Assembly (NCBI GenBank): GCA_040954595.2
Contig: CM082579.2
Coordinates: forward strand, 7,553,625 to 7,617,624
DNA length: 64,000 bases
Reading direction: 5' to 3'
Source of the DNA: Balanoglossus misakiensis
Taxonomy: Eukaryota; Animalia; Hemichordata
The position numbers and the translations under genes were made by a program. Below, piece by piece: positions 45,659 to 60,600 of the stretch (within the stretch, counting starts at the first letter, position 1; the number at the start of each line of letters is the position of its first letter). Below the pieces are notes generated by a model. That model saw only the letters and a program-made list of their open reading frames with translations, did no database searches and was not told where the DNA came from.

Positions 45659-48600
45659 CTACAAAGTCTCGACAAATCTAGTAAGTTGGTCCTGTGGAGT
45701 AAGTGGGGCCATTTCGGGGTCCTCTCTGTTTAATGCTGGGTCGGCAGGACTTCTAAGTTGGGGCATGTTTGGGTGTTGGGTGGGGTTCTGTGGCAGCATG
45801 GGCTGATCCGTCTGCATTTGCTCGGGCGGGCCAACACTGCCCGGGTGCGGCGAGTGGGTTTGCGCTACACCGTGAGGGGACAGCTGGGTGTGTGTCCTTG
45901 GCGAGGGTACAGGCTGAGACTGCGGCCTCGGCGACGCAGTAGGATTCGGCGACCTGACCTGGGAGACAAACGCGGCCTGCGGCGACCTCACTTGGTTCAT
46001 AACCTGTGGGGCCTGGGCAGCCAGCATTTGCTGCTGCTGTGGACTCATGCCGGCCTGTGCCTGCTGAGAGTTGGCCAATTGTTTCAACTGTTCCTGCTGG
46101 GCATGAAGCAGCTGCTGCTGTTGGAACTGTTGCAGCTGCTGGCTAGCGTCGCCCTGCTGGTTGGCAACCTGTTGCTTCAACTGCTGCAGCTGCTGAACGG
46201 TGAGCTGCGGCGGCCGCCTCTGCGGCTGGGCCTGACCGAACATCGGCGACGGTTGGAACTGTAGCTGCTGCGCGCGCAACGAATGCTGCCACTGTTGCTG
46301 CTGCTGTTGCGCCGTCAGTTGCTGCTGGGTGGTGGGTTGCCCCATCTGCTGCCCCAACTGCTGGTTCAGTTGTTGATTCAGCTGCTGTTGCATCTGCTGC
46401 TGCTGCTGACTCATCTGCTGTCCCAGCTGTTGGCTCATCTGCTGCTGTTGTTGCTGTTGATGGTGCTGCTGCTGTACTTGTTGCTGCTGTTGTTGCTGCT
46501 GCTGCTGTTGTTGTTGGTGAATCGACCGTTGTCTGATGAAGGCAGCCATAAGTTGCGGGTTAGATTTCAGAATATTGAGTACTTTCTGCTGCTGTTGAGC
46601 AGTGCTAGGTCCTTTCAAAGTGTCCAATAACTGCTGCAAAGCAGCCGACGGTACATTTTGTCTGAGTCCTTGTGGTGGCATAGCAGGATTTCTCTGATGA
46701 GCCTGTATGCCCGGTGGCATGGGTTGAATAGGCTGTATGGGTTGATTGGGTACTGATGGTTGTTGCTGCTGTTGTTGTTGTTGCTGCTGCTGTTGTTGTT
46801 GTTGTTGATATACTTTCCACCGGTCTGCAAGGGCGGCAGCCATTGGCGGCCTGACATTGGGCTGTGGGTTGGGTTGCATGGGCTTCTGTGGCTGGGGCAG
46901 CGGTGCACTGCTGGGTGGCAGCATTTGGTTCATCTGATTCATCTGGTTCACATTGACGTTCACCTGGGGCGGTGCGGGCATGGGACTACCTTTGCCCACG
47001 CCCACGGAAGGCGACGGTGTTCTCTGCGGTTGAATCTGCTGTGCCCTCTGCTGCTGCATGGTCGCCATGAGTTGCGCATTCTCCGCCGCTAAAACAGCAC
47101 CTGGAGGGGGTGTTCCCATGTTCTGCATCGCCGCAGCAGCAGCAGCGGCCGCCGCTGCCGGGGTGGGCTGTTGCGGCGGCGTGACGGGCGGCGGCTGTTG
47201 AATACTGGGCGAGGGATGAGGTTGCACGGGAGCGGTCGTCTGTGGAAGAGACACCGGCATCTGTCGCTGTTGCATGGTGGCCATACGCCGGCGCAGCATC
47301 TGTGCCTGCTGCAGCCGGTGCTGCAGCTGCTGCTGACGGAGCTTGTGCTTAATGTTCAAGCAAAACGGCACGGGGCACTTGGCCTCCTGACAGTGCTTGG
47401 CATGGTAGCAACACAGGGCAATGAGCTGTTTACAGATGGGACAGCCGCCATTGGTTTTCCTCTTGCAACTCCTGGTGTGCTGCACCACCCGCTTCATCTT
47501 CTGACAGCTTGGCAAACGACAGTTGGCATCGCGGCACTGACAAGCATGCACCAGGGACTGAATACAGCGCTGAATCGACTGCCGGCGGGATTCCTGAGGA
47601 CTGCGCGTCTGATTGGCTTGCTGGTCAACATCAAGGTCCAATCCCCACTTGTCCATCTTGTGTTCGTGGCTAATCTTCTGATAACATGGCACACACAGGT
47701 CGTAGTCCTGGAATGAAAGCAGATTACATGCATCATGAGCATGGGAACTCGGCAACCTTTTCTCTGAGCTTCGAATATTTGACAAATACGAAATAACCTC
47801 TAAATGTTCATGGTAAAAAAGCATGAAAACAGCAGTGGCAGAAAATTCACCCAACAGCAATATATATCCAAAGATATACTTACATCACAAACAGTACAGT
47901 GATATCTGGTTTCCACATGGTGTTTACAAGCATTGCAAGTATATACAAATCGGTCCTGGCCCTGGTTGTGGAGTTCCACCAGCATGGCCATACTGGACCA
48001 CTTGGCCCTCCTCAGCGAGGAAAATTCATAATGTCTCTCTCTGGCCAGCGTCAGGAATGCATCGCGACCGTCCATCAGATCACAACTTGACAGCGGGTCG
48101 TGATCAAAGATGGGCGGTGGAGTTTGTGGAAATAGCTGCAGCCTGATCACAAAGAACACCTGCAGGAGTAAAAAAAGGACAATGTTGTGATATTTTGTAT
48201 TGTGCATAGTTAAAATATTATGGCAAGTCCTAGCATACATTTTTAATCATACGTATGTATGTTAACTTGAATTACTCATCATGGGGTCACAAAGTACGAC
48301 AGACACAGCCCCCCCCCCCCCTCCACCATGGACATGAGCAACCAATTGCATGCAAGGGGAAATCATTCAAACTTCCTTACCTCTTTGTGCTTTTCCATTG
48401 TGGTGTAGAGTTTCTGCGAGAGGTCATTTCCTTGCTGTGGGAAGTTGGGCTTCTTGTTGTTTTTACGATTGCTATTGCTCTTACTCTTGTTGGTTTTCTT
48501 CACTTTCTTCTGGGCCTTCTTACTTCCAGCTTTGCCCTGAAATGAACATGCATTTCATTGAAATCAACCATACAAAGTTACTCACATGTACAATCAACGA

Positions 48601-51600
48601 ACACTTACCATGGTTTTATGTTAATATTTCAATTCATGAATACAAGCTGATAATAGAAGATTATACACACATCATCTCTTGGATATGTCATAACTTTTTT
48701 CCACTCTCAATTCCCCCCCCCCCTCCCCTGACAATCCCCAACGGCTACACACCTGTTCTGTTTCCTCCTGTGAGTTGGCAGCAGCGGCAGCAGCCTTCCT
48801 CTCCTCCTCTTCCTGATCCAACTCCTTGATGCTCTCCTCCAGAACGTTGGGCCAGAAATCCCCTTCAAAATATGGCAACTCTTTGGCACTTGACAGGCCA
48901 TCCTCTGTGGCTTGTTTCAGTATGTCCTGAGGGGAAAAAAGCCAAATTTAACACAGTCAGTCACAATGCTTGCATGGGTGCGCTGTGCTTGATTCAGCAA
49001 GCGAACAAGATGTGTAAATTTGCTGATTTGAATAAAAACACAGATTGACTTCACTTTATGAGCCATTTCTGCTACAAGTCAGATGAATAACAGTCAAAGA
49101 AAAGGTCCACATCATTCTCATCCTCGTTTTCAGAGGAACACCAGTCTATGCCCCACACAGTATACCTTACCTTGTAATCAAACACAACTTTGTCGGTAAC
49201 TGCCTTGTCCAACATTTTCCTGTACCAGTCTTGCAATCTCTTTGGTTTGGGTATCTTCTGCTCCGGCGGATGACAGTGGAATATGTAGTCGTCGCCTTCA
49301 CTTGGTGGACACGCCCAGATATGAGCCATTTCGTACCTTTGAAATGCATAAAATTTTGTCAGTTAACTGCTTGGCACTGGCAGTATAATACAGATTTTTA
49401 CCCTTTTCAAAATCACAACCTGATTCTATCCTCTTCCTTGTTTAACGGTCTCATCTCACAGATGTACTTTCTCATGGATGGCCAATGCCTGACAGGCATA
49501 ACAAGAACATTAATTCCACTTACCCACAATTCCTGGCATACTCCAGGTATGCGATGAGAATCTCATGATACACAGCAGTACGGAAATGACGAGGTTGGAA
49601 GAAATGTACACTGTCCAGATAAGAGATATACACTCGTCTACAAGGGGGAAAAAAGTTACAGCATGTTAACCAGTGACCACTACGACACTGTTTGTTGAGG
49701 AATTTTCACTGCACAGACATTTTCTGTCATATTATAATGCGAACACTTGTATCCGATAAAGTTTTGAGGTTGGTGAACCTGTTCATATGAAATGTGTCAT
49801 AGTCAGAAACTCACCTTGTGTTTGGCATAGGGCAGTCTGAGCCATACTCTTGCACATGCATACCAAAGAAGCATACGTCCGTACCATCTATATCTTCAAA
49901 TGCAAAGAGAGCTTTGGCTCGATATGGGAAGCTGTCCGGAAGTTCACCAGTGTCGACAAACCTGGAGAAATAGAAATTTGTTTTTTGGTCAAATTCAAGT
50001 CATCCCTCATTAGCACCATCGACCATTTTTCTTTCATACGCAAATGTGATCATTTTTTATATACCACACAAAGTGCTTACAAGATTGTCGTTTCATGATT
50101 GATACATGCCAAGAAAGGGCCACAGAGTTCGTATTGGCCTACACATGCATACAAAAACAACATTGACACTCACCTGCTTTTCATTCCTTGTTTGACCTCT
50201 ACCGTCTTATCTGTACTGGACACTACTCGGATTGTCACCTCCCCAGCACCACTTTGTTTGTCTCGAAGAAACCTGTTTACTCTATTTTCTATGTGTGTAC
50301 CTAGTTTACTGGTTTGTAGTCCTGTAGAGTCCATCAAAAAAGAAAGATTCACGGTCAGGGTTGCTGGATATTGACTTCACTGAAAGATGTTGATGATGAG
50401 TCTAGTATCACATGGGTCTAAACAATATTTGCTTCTGTTAACAGCCGTTTTTGCTCAATCAAGGGCGAAGTTTCCCCTTTTTTTGCGTAAAATTGCTTGG
50501 CCAATTCTGTTCTTGCTATTGTGTTACAATGTTTGAGCTCAGTCATGATATACAAGCCACGCCACCTGTACATGGCCATAAGGACCTAACTTCCATACTT
50601 ACTTTTTGCAGCAAATTTATTTTCTTTCCTCTTCATACCCCTCGCTTTCAAGCAATTGTCACATGTAAACCTGTCAAGTAAACATGATTAGAGTTAGTTG
50701 AGAGTACATCATTACAGCCATTCGGCAAACACTAACACACTTTGTACCACTAGCTTGCAAACATAACATATAATACTTCCATGACAATATTTTGGGTCTA
50801 TACCTTAAAATCATGCCATTAAGTATTCACACATTATGTCCGTACGCGATTTGAGTAGAATTTGTCAAAAAACATCCCTTTGTGTATTTCAGTGAGCAGA
50901 ATGCACCAAGTGAGAACAACATTAACCCAAATAATGTTGAAAACATTGTCCTATTTAACCCTAACGCTGCCAAGTCAGTTTAAACTGGTGTGGTTTCCAG
51001 GGTGCCTAGAATCCGGGCTCCCAGGCCTGTTAGGCTGCTAAGTGTGTGTTAATCAGTAGGGCCTATAAAATTCCCTCAGACCAATAGTGAATACAGTACA
51101 AACCAGTGTGATTTGGTACATTTTACAGGGGGCTCAGACTGCCAAGTGTGTATAAGTACGTATGAGAGCCATGTCAAGACAGTCAAAATACGTTTTAGAA
51201 AAAAAAGTGGCAAATACGTATTTTAAGGGACTTGACACTCTAACCAGGTTTGACACCCAGTAGCATTAGGGTTAATGTCATTCATCTTCATCAGATGAAA
51301 AGGCACATATAACATTTGTCTCTCTATACTGGCCTGAGCCTTTGAGCCACGGAGTCTTGTAACATCAGTGAGCTATATTAATGCAAATTTCATTCATTGT
51401 CACATAAGGTCCAGTCAGACATGCCAATCATAACAATTGTGAAGTTTCATCAAAGAATCCTTTTTTTTACATAAGACACAAAAAGACTACAAACATATGC
51501 TGAGTGTTTGTTATTCTCAACTACATACAATCTAGAAGTTGATGAAGAGGTCCACAGTCAATGTCAGAATTCCCAAAGGATTACATTAGATTTGAAATTC

Positions 51601-54600
51601 AGCCAATCATTGTAAACATGCTTGGCAAGTTCTGTAAAGTTCACACTCAGGTTAATGATTTTACCCGAAACAAAATCAAAACTACAACTTACCCTCCCGG
51701 CCAAATCGTCTCGTTGTGAAGAACACAGATTTGATGTACTTTGCGACCACACTCTAAACAATCTATAAAACTGTAAAGATATAATGGCAATGCAAACAGG
51801 TCAGACACCAAGAACTTTCAATGGTGATGTAAAATCAGTCAGGATTTTGGACTAGCACTTAATTTTCTGACAATACGACAATCAAGAAAGGTAAAAATAT
51901 GTTCACGCAGTGGAATTCTGGTATTTTGATAATTTACCAGATTACATAATGCACCTGAACATGTGTGTTGACAAGTGCTACAAGCAATTGAAAGTTCACT
52001 TACGGTTCTACGTCAAAAGCATTATTCGTCGCTTTCTTGAATTGCTCTTTCCTAATTGTCCTGAAGCACAACAAAAAAAGGTATGATGTAAACACATGGA
52101 CAACAATCCTCACTTTCAGTTGGCCCAATGTTCATGTCACATATATGTACAAGACCCATTTACATAAATTTCACAATGGGTCTTGAGCAGAAGTTTGATT
52201 GAGTTCGAGCCTGGTTGAGAAGTCAACACAGAGCTCTTCACTGCCTTGAAGGATATGCCACTCAGTGACTTATACAGCGTCACCCACGTCAGCAGTTACA
52301 GCATTTCATTTTATTAATCTACTCAGAATGATGGATGTTAAAATTGAGATCAAATCTTGTGTTTGCACATGATTTTAACCATAAATTCAGGTTTCCTTGA
52401 CAATTTACAGAAAGGATTTCTCAATGTATAAAATGGCAATGAATGGACTTCAGACTCTTGTGTTGCAAACAAAGTTGTCAATATTGAAATCAAATCTTCA
52501 TATTTCCACAGAGTATTCAGTATCTATAAGGCTCTACTTTATTAGATTATAATTTTCCACAATTTGGGTTCTTAAAGAAACCGACACAGCTCAAGACAAT
52601 ACGTGCCGCAAATTTACTCAAATACTTACGTCGTTGGCTGGGAGGGATCGTCTCCCAGGGTAACGGTGTCCCCTCTGATTTCGTTAAAACACTTTTCACA
52701 GTAATGGTATCTGTCAGAAAGAAGGCCAAGACTCCGTGAACTGGATGTCAAAGGCCACCACGAGGACACCAGCGTACGCAACATATACAAACGACACAAA
52801 AAGAGAAAGCAAGGGCAAGCAATTAGCCAAATGACGAGACAAAATATTCCTTTGGTCTGACCTGCAGGGAAGTGAATTCAGGCAAGTGGGCGGGGGGGAA
52901 AAAGCTTCCGCACTGATGATGTTTGTTTTCTTAAACCCCATAATTCCTAACATTACTGCTACAATTAGCATGGACTATATATATACCGTACATATTATTA
53001 CGTAAGCCTGTCACAGAGAGTAACAGAAGCATGAACATGTAACAAGTTGCAGCAATTGGAGAGAAAAAAAAACAAGGACTGCTTTGTGGCATGAGTGTTT
53101 GTTGACTACATGCAGGCGGCAGGTGGAGAGGGGACAATGGAGAGTGAGATGCCATATCACTTTCCTGCAGGTCATGACACTTTTGTTTTTTCATTTCATC
53201 GTAGTTCTGTAGAGCCACTCACAAAAACCGATGGAGTCATGTCATGGGACCCAACACCTCAGAATGTTTTTTAATTTACATTTGGAGAATATCTACGACT
53301 TATTCATTTCCACCTCAAAAGGCTGAGTATGACGGATGTGTAATTTAATAGACAGAAATTAAGATGATATGGTAACGATGTGCTACTCTGTTGCGGGTGA
53401 TGTTTACTATGAAAAAATATCCATCGGCCCTTGTAGAGTTGCTCCACGTGTGAAACCCAGCCGGTAACCATGTACCTGGCGTGGATTTTTTTTTTTCAAT
53501 CACTGTTAGCAGAGTATATTTTGGATGCTTGCACCTTGCATGTGGTACAATGAAACCACACCATGCAATGTGCACATAAATAACTGCTTGGGTTAATGTC
53601 ACCACATCTAGACAACCACTATCACTGTTCACTTTGAACATCCACAAGCATGATAACACTGTAATTTTCTGATCAACATTCCATATTCATTCCTCGGTTG
53701 GCAGACATTTCTGATTTTCAGTGATTCGCTCACTCCTTGGAAAAATTCTATGCTATTCTGTTTTCATGCACACTTGATAACTGAACAAGGTCTTCATAGA
53801 TGTATAATCCATTTGATAATCTTCACAGCAGTAGGTTTCTTAGCACTTTCAAATTCGAACACCCACACTTCACAGCACACCACACCACTCCCATATGTAT
53901 ACAGACCTGTTCTGGTAACTCCAGTAAGCAGCATCCCGGGGTATCGTACACAGCTGTTTGCCATAGCAACAGAGCACTTGTGGGTGAAACACATGCTGTA
54001 GACACAAATGCAAAGTGCGACATTTTCATTGAACAAAAAGGAAAGGAGAACAGATTTGAGAAATAATCCAAAATATTATCATAGTGCCATAAAGTGTAAC
54101 TGCGTGTATTGATCTCATACAACGTTTTGTATTGTGGGTTACCATGGGCGAGAAGTATGAACCTACCTTTCTACCACAGCAGTATCCCAACAACTGCATG
54201 ACGGGGTCAATTTCAACTTCAAAGACCTCAGCTAATTTAGAACAATATTTATACACTCGTGAGGTCTTCCTATTATAGTGCCAGGCATTCTCGAACATTA
54301 GCCACACGTCGTCCACATATTGCCATGGATCTTGATATTGCCCCGTGTCCAATTTCCGCTTAATGGTCGAGAGGTCCATTGGACTCTTGATAATTTCAAA
54401 ATAGTCCTGAAAGGGGTAAAAATATAACCCTTTAGATAAGCTCTATGGGTTTATTACACAGAGACAAATACAGCCCACACTATGTACCCACTGATAACAC
54501 CAAATCAGGGTCACGCTTTACCTGGGAGCTGATAACCTTTGACCCTGTCCACCCATCACTGGTTTCATTTGCATTTAACATGTATACATGTACACACATG

Positions 54601-57600
54601 TGCATGTGCCAAGCCACAACCCGTCCTAGTCAGATGTTAAAATCATTTAATTCCATATCAGTTCCCCACCCATTTCTGTACAGAAGAATTGGTAGAAAAA
54701 ACGTTCATGGAGAGTCAAGCGGATTTGACTTACAGGTATCTGAAGTAACTTTGGATCCACTGGCTGTCGGAATGGCAAGGATTCTGGATCTTGTTTGTAT
54801 AACTTCTCAAGTGTTGGCATCAACGCCTGGCGCAGCTCATCCGGTCGGAATACTGCAGCGGGGAGAAAAAAAAGATACATCAACAAAATTAGACAACGAT
54901 CGGATCGTGCTACCAGAAGGTATCGCGATTGAAACAGACTGGAAAATCTGTACCACAGTGAAAGCCTAACTCACCTTTCTTTTGTCTCGGCGTTCTTGGA
55001 GGCGGCATATCTCCGCTAGTGGGCTTCACAGTGGCTACCGTGGTGGTGGCTGCACTACCATTGCTGTCGGTCGTCGACGTGGTGGTTGTGGTTAAGGTTG
55101 GGGTGGAGGTGGTCATGGTGCAGGAGCTTTCTGGTTTGCCGCCTGTCTCCATCGGTTCCTCCTTCACGCTGGGCTCCATCTTGACCTCCACTTTGCCATC
55201 CTGCGGAGTGGCCGCGTCTTTGCCAATCGAATTGGAATTCGTCATCTGAGACGAAGGAAGCTGTTTGCCTCCGGGAGTGCTGTCGAGTGACTTCTGCGAG
55301 CTGACTGACGACACTTTCTGATCAGCCATCTTCGGAGTCTGCGGCTTCTGCTTTTGAGGTTGGGGCGTCTTTGCTTGCATCTGATTTTGTGATAGCTGCT
55401 TCATCTGTTGCTGCTGCTGTTGTTGTTGTTGCTGTGGTGTTTGTGGTTGCTGTTGCTGATTTGGAGTCGCCGGCTGTGGTCTCTGCTGTGGTTGTTGCTG
55501 TTGTGGTGGCGGGGGCATAGGTATCGGCTGCTGCTGCTGTTGTTGTTGCACCTGCTGTGCCATAGTCTGTCGCTGTTGTTGCTGCTGTTGTTGTTGTTGC
55601 AGGGTCTGAAAATTAGCAAACACAGAACACAAGGTGAGGGGCAAGCAAAAAGAAGCATGCAAACCGTTCGCTTGTCTTCCTCTGACCCGGGCACCGACCA
55701 CCATGCATGCAAGAAGGACCAAATGTAGCACTGATTTCCTAACCTGCGAATTTCTGTCTTGCACTGCAACCTGCTCCAGGGGTTTCTGAGATGTCAGTTG
55801 TTGTTGTTGATGTGGTGGTGGTGGTTGTGGTATTGGAGGAGGAGGTTGTGAAGCTGGAGGAGTAGACTGAGGGGTAGCAGGTGTTGATGGAGCTGACGTG
55901 ATCATCTGGTGACAGAACCAATCAAGTTTACCGAGGAGGCAATTAAAATGCAATGCCGGGGGCCTTAACATCAGCTGAAAAGGTCTCGGGCACAGAAAGT
56001 GTGCGGTGGCCAGTGGTAGTCACTCACACACCACAAAGCTAACTTAATGGAAGAGGAAAGCTGAAAAAGAATCTGGAGGTGGAACTTTAGTGGACTGAAG
56101 AGCGAAGTCAAGCGAAAAAAGTAGTATGGTATGATATAACTGTCAGAATGATTGTGTTACGAGGCAAGACAACTGGAAAAAAAAGTTAGCTGTGTCGTTT
56201 GTGGCCTGCGTGAAAAATACATGTGATGCGATTATGAAATGTCCGCCAGACTATACATCCATGGCAACCACCTAACGTAACAACCATTGTAACATGCCCT
56301 ATGAGCAAAATCATGTAACACTCAATTCACACATGTACTGCACTCCAACATGTGGGAGAGAATGTCAAATTTAGGTCAAGACTGAAATGTGCACATTTTC
56401 TGTTCGAGCCTTCTGAATCCATGACCTCCAAGTCCTATGTATTTTCATGTACTGGATGAATGACTCATGAAATCTCTCAAACACATTTCCACTTGTATCA
56501 ACATCTGTAATCTGTAATACTAGTAAACATGATCATGTTACTAGACACCCGCTCGCAGAAACCCTATTTGCCATCATTTTAGCACTACTTTCACGACAAT
56601 GTTCCCATTCTTCTGACCAAGACGGCAACCAGACTGAACACTCGTGATGTTGTGAAAAGTACAAAGTACTCACCGACGGGATGCTTTGGGCCGACGGTGG
56701 CGGCGTTAGAGTTGGTTGCTGCTGCTGGCCGCCAATGGCTGGTGGCGGTGATCCGAATCCCGTCCCACGGCCAAGCAGTGACACAGCGTCAATCGGTCCA
56801 TCTAAAAAAAAGCAAATGAAAGTTCTCAAAAATATGCACACTGCCTGTCTGGCATATTTTTACATATATATAAAAATCGGTATTAGAGAAAAAAAATTAC
56901 AAAAAGGAGAAAAACGCAAAAAAACAGCACTTACTGGTGGCAGGTTTAGGAGGATTGCCAGTCTTGGTGGTGGTGGTTGTGGTGGTAGCTTCTTGCATCC
57001 GCCTCTGACGTTTCTCTTCTAACTCTTTCTGAATCTTGTATATCTTCTCTGCCAGAAGGTGATAATATTCCTCCTGCAAGAAAATCAGACATGATCAAGC
57101 TCAAAAACAAAGTGACAGAATCCCTGATTTGCATAGCGTTTCCATCAGCCATCACTGTTTAGAAATCTTTCAACGCCCACTCTTAAAATTTTACACTTTT
57201 AACGAAGTGAAACCATACAAGTACATACCCTGCTACTCGCTGATTCATACATATCTCCCTCGACTTTCCTTGCATATGCAACAAGGTTGCCCATTCTCCT
57301 GTCTTTCATAGCAGCTGGGTCTGGAGATGGAAATATGGCTTGCACACTGAAAACACAAAAAACGCAAAAAACCAAAGTGGAATTCTGGTTAGCATCCGTC
57401 TATAAACCTTTCAGTCGGTGGGGCAGCTAAACACCATCTCGGAGACCACGACAGTGCAGAACAGTACAAACACAAGGAAGGTCTGCTCTGTGTTTCATTA
57501 TCATGTTTTGAATTTTACAGGAGAGTGTAAGACAGGTCCATTTACTCATACAACAGCACCCACATAGGAAAGAATGCAGTGTTTCTTCCCAGATGATGCC

Positions 57601-60600
57601 AGGATGTCACTTTGTCAGATGACCTGTCTTTCAACTTTTGACAAGGGGGTCACATCAATACAGAACTGATGAAAGTGGTATGAAATGGGGGTTTACACAG
57701 AATTGGAACTTACAGTTTATGCACAAGGTGGTTTCGGAGATCCGGAGTAACATGTTGATGCCATGCTTTCGAACCTGACGGCTGAGTGAGATCGCCCGGC
57801 AACGGTACAGCCGCTGGTGAGCCCGATCCTGATCCAGGACTTGCACCTAGTGTATAAGGAACAGTGTTAGAAGCATTCAGCAATGCAGCTGGGTAACCAG
57901 ATCCCAACCTCAGGCTTTGGCCTGGAAAGAAATTTAAAACAGTAACGTTTTCACAAACCGACACACAGTCAAGAAGAAACTTTACAGGTGGTTTCAAAAG
58001 AAAATGTAGTTTCTCTTGTTTTATTAAGTACTAGTGTCGTCTGATCACAGGTGACCGACTTACCAAGCGGTGACAAGAGACTCGACCTCTGCTGGTTGGA
58101 GGCACTGTTGCCGGTGTACTGTAAACCGAGGGCAGCGTACGCCCTCTCCATGGAATTGTGATCGATCTGCACTTGTGTCTGACCGGTCGTGGTCAGTCCT
58201 GTGGCCGACTGCATCAACGCTGAAGAGTCAGAGGAAATAGAATGTTTGTATTTGCTTTCCTGACAGGGAGTCTTCCAAAAGAACCTGACCATTTTGTGGA
58301 GCCACAGATAATACACAACACACCATGCATCCCACACCTCCCCTTATGTTATCGCCCAAAATAATACCATCCAAATAATTTGTAACACCAATAAAAAAAC
58401 GTGCACATGCAGTGATTAAATGTGAAAAGTGATGAATTATTTTTGTCGCTAGTGCCAGGAAATCGAGGAGCATTAACCCTTGAAACGTTAAATTATACCT
58501 TGAGTGGTGGCTTGATGCTGTCTTCTATCAGAGGCATTCTTTAGGGGCAAGCATACAGGACAGTCATTCCGGGTACAGTTTTTCCAATGTGAAATGATTT
58601 GTCTGGAAGATGCACAGTGTGCCACTGCAGAAAAGAACAAAAAAAAACATTTTTTACTCCCAAGTAAGAAAAACTTTAGAGACTTTTTTTTCTTTTCAAA
58701 AAAAGAATGACAAATCCTAAACAAACGTCTAACTGTGCTACACCTCAGTTGTCTGAGGATAAACATCCCTGACCTCTTGAATAACATGACCAAACCAGAC
58801 TGATCCCTTGATCGGAAGACTTCATTCTCGACAACAAGTGTTCTCCCCAGAAATTTATGACAGTGTATGACTAATTTGCATATAAACAGATCTGTTATCA
58901 ATGAAGTTCAATTGTTTATGCCAAAATTAAAGGAAGGTGGGCTGCCATGCTTTAAATTGCTCTGGGAAGAACACTGTGACTTTATGTCAATAAAAACATT
59001 CTAAAGTTTTACACAGAGTACAAGGACACGCGTACTGATAGGACAAGCAAGCATGTAAACATTCCACAAGCAACAGTCAAGTTCAATGTCACCTTCACCA
59101 ACACATACACACATCAAAAGACAAAGACCGAAGAAAGAAATCAGCATTTTTCTCTAAAAATGCACACTGGTCAGAAGCTGAAGCCCCCATTCAGAATACC
59201 TTGGCAGGACTTTCCAGCTTGGCAGTGGGTCATGTGGTTGAGGACATTCTTCATGGTGCGACAGTGCGGCAAGGAACAGTGTCGGATCTCCCCGTTGGCC
59301 TGCTCTCTCCTCTGGCATTTATGAGCGTGTAAAAGTAGTACTAATTGCTGTTGGATCAGCTTCCTCTTCTCGGGATCTGCCGTCGGCGCCGCTGACTGAG
59401 CAGCGGCTACCTGTGCCTGTGCTGGCTGCGGTTGCTGCTGTTGTGGTTTCACCACCGACTGCTGTTGCTGCCCCTAAAAACAAGACAATTTTTTTTAATT
59501 ACAGTATCAGCAAATACGAGTTTGAAACAACAAACCACGTGACTGGTGTCAAACACCAGAAATGTATCCCTTCGAACAAAAGGCACAAATGATATAAAGG
59601 AGAACTTACTATGTTGATAGTTCCTGGATGGCCAAGACCACCCGCTCCCATATTGACATTGCCACTCATGTTAGTCATATTTACAGTCATGGTTGACCCC
59701 ATGCTCGCTGCAGTAAATGTGGTGGTCATTGGGGACATCACTGTTGAGACATGGGTGGAATGACTAGATGCTGGAGCTGAAAAGTTGTGAAATGGACTGC
59801 CACCTGGTTGGCCTATACTTGTTAATCCACCAACCTGCAAGAACGAAATGCCCCAAAACAAACGTCACATTAGAAATATGTTATAACCTTGACAATCCTT
59901 CTAAAGCAGGTGTTCTTGAGATATATAATGCAAATTTTGTCACTTCAGCCACACTTCACATACAAATCCCCATCCTTTTATAAACACTGAACACCACAAT
60001 TTTTGTTTGCTGTTAAAACCCACCCTTCACAATTTGACATGTAATAAAATACACTTCTGCAATACAAGCACAGTGTAGTTTTAATAATTTGTGGAGTGAC
60101 TACATTCAACTAATTTACATTGTAACACAACATACATTTTAGTTGTTTGTAAAACAGTGCCGAAGCAATCAGACCTATCAACATAAACTTATCACTGACA
60201 GCGTCACCTTTTGACCTACTTTTAATAATTCACATTGTGGGACCACAAGCACAGGAGCTGTATGTTACCATGTTCTTGTATAAAATGCCACCTTTTTGTA
60301 ACACACAAATGAGCAAAACAAAGTAAAAAATTTAACAAGGGATGATATCACAGAAGAGCAAGACAATACAGAAAAAGTTGTTAGCCCTTTCCTTGTGGTT
60401 TCCCTGAATCATCATAATTGCAAATGTTTATTACCATGTGCAGTTTCTTTTTTTTAAATACTTATTACATTTTCAAACACTGCGATATTACTGTCGTGAC
60501 TATCTGCATGTAAAGCCTGCTTCACGAAATCTCCCGCATACACAACACATTTTACAACTGGAACAAATTCTTTTATCACCAGAAAACAAAAAATGCATAT

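Noticed and set aside
45758-47716. Long plus-strand Leu-rich ORFs
   Set aside because: Antisense shadows of the CBP polyQ-rich last exon.
50955-50968. taaccctaac as a telomerase RNA template or telomeric repeat
   Set aside because: It is the terminus of a TTAA-flanked element with a matching inverted end at 51260-51275.
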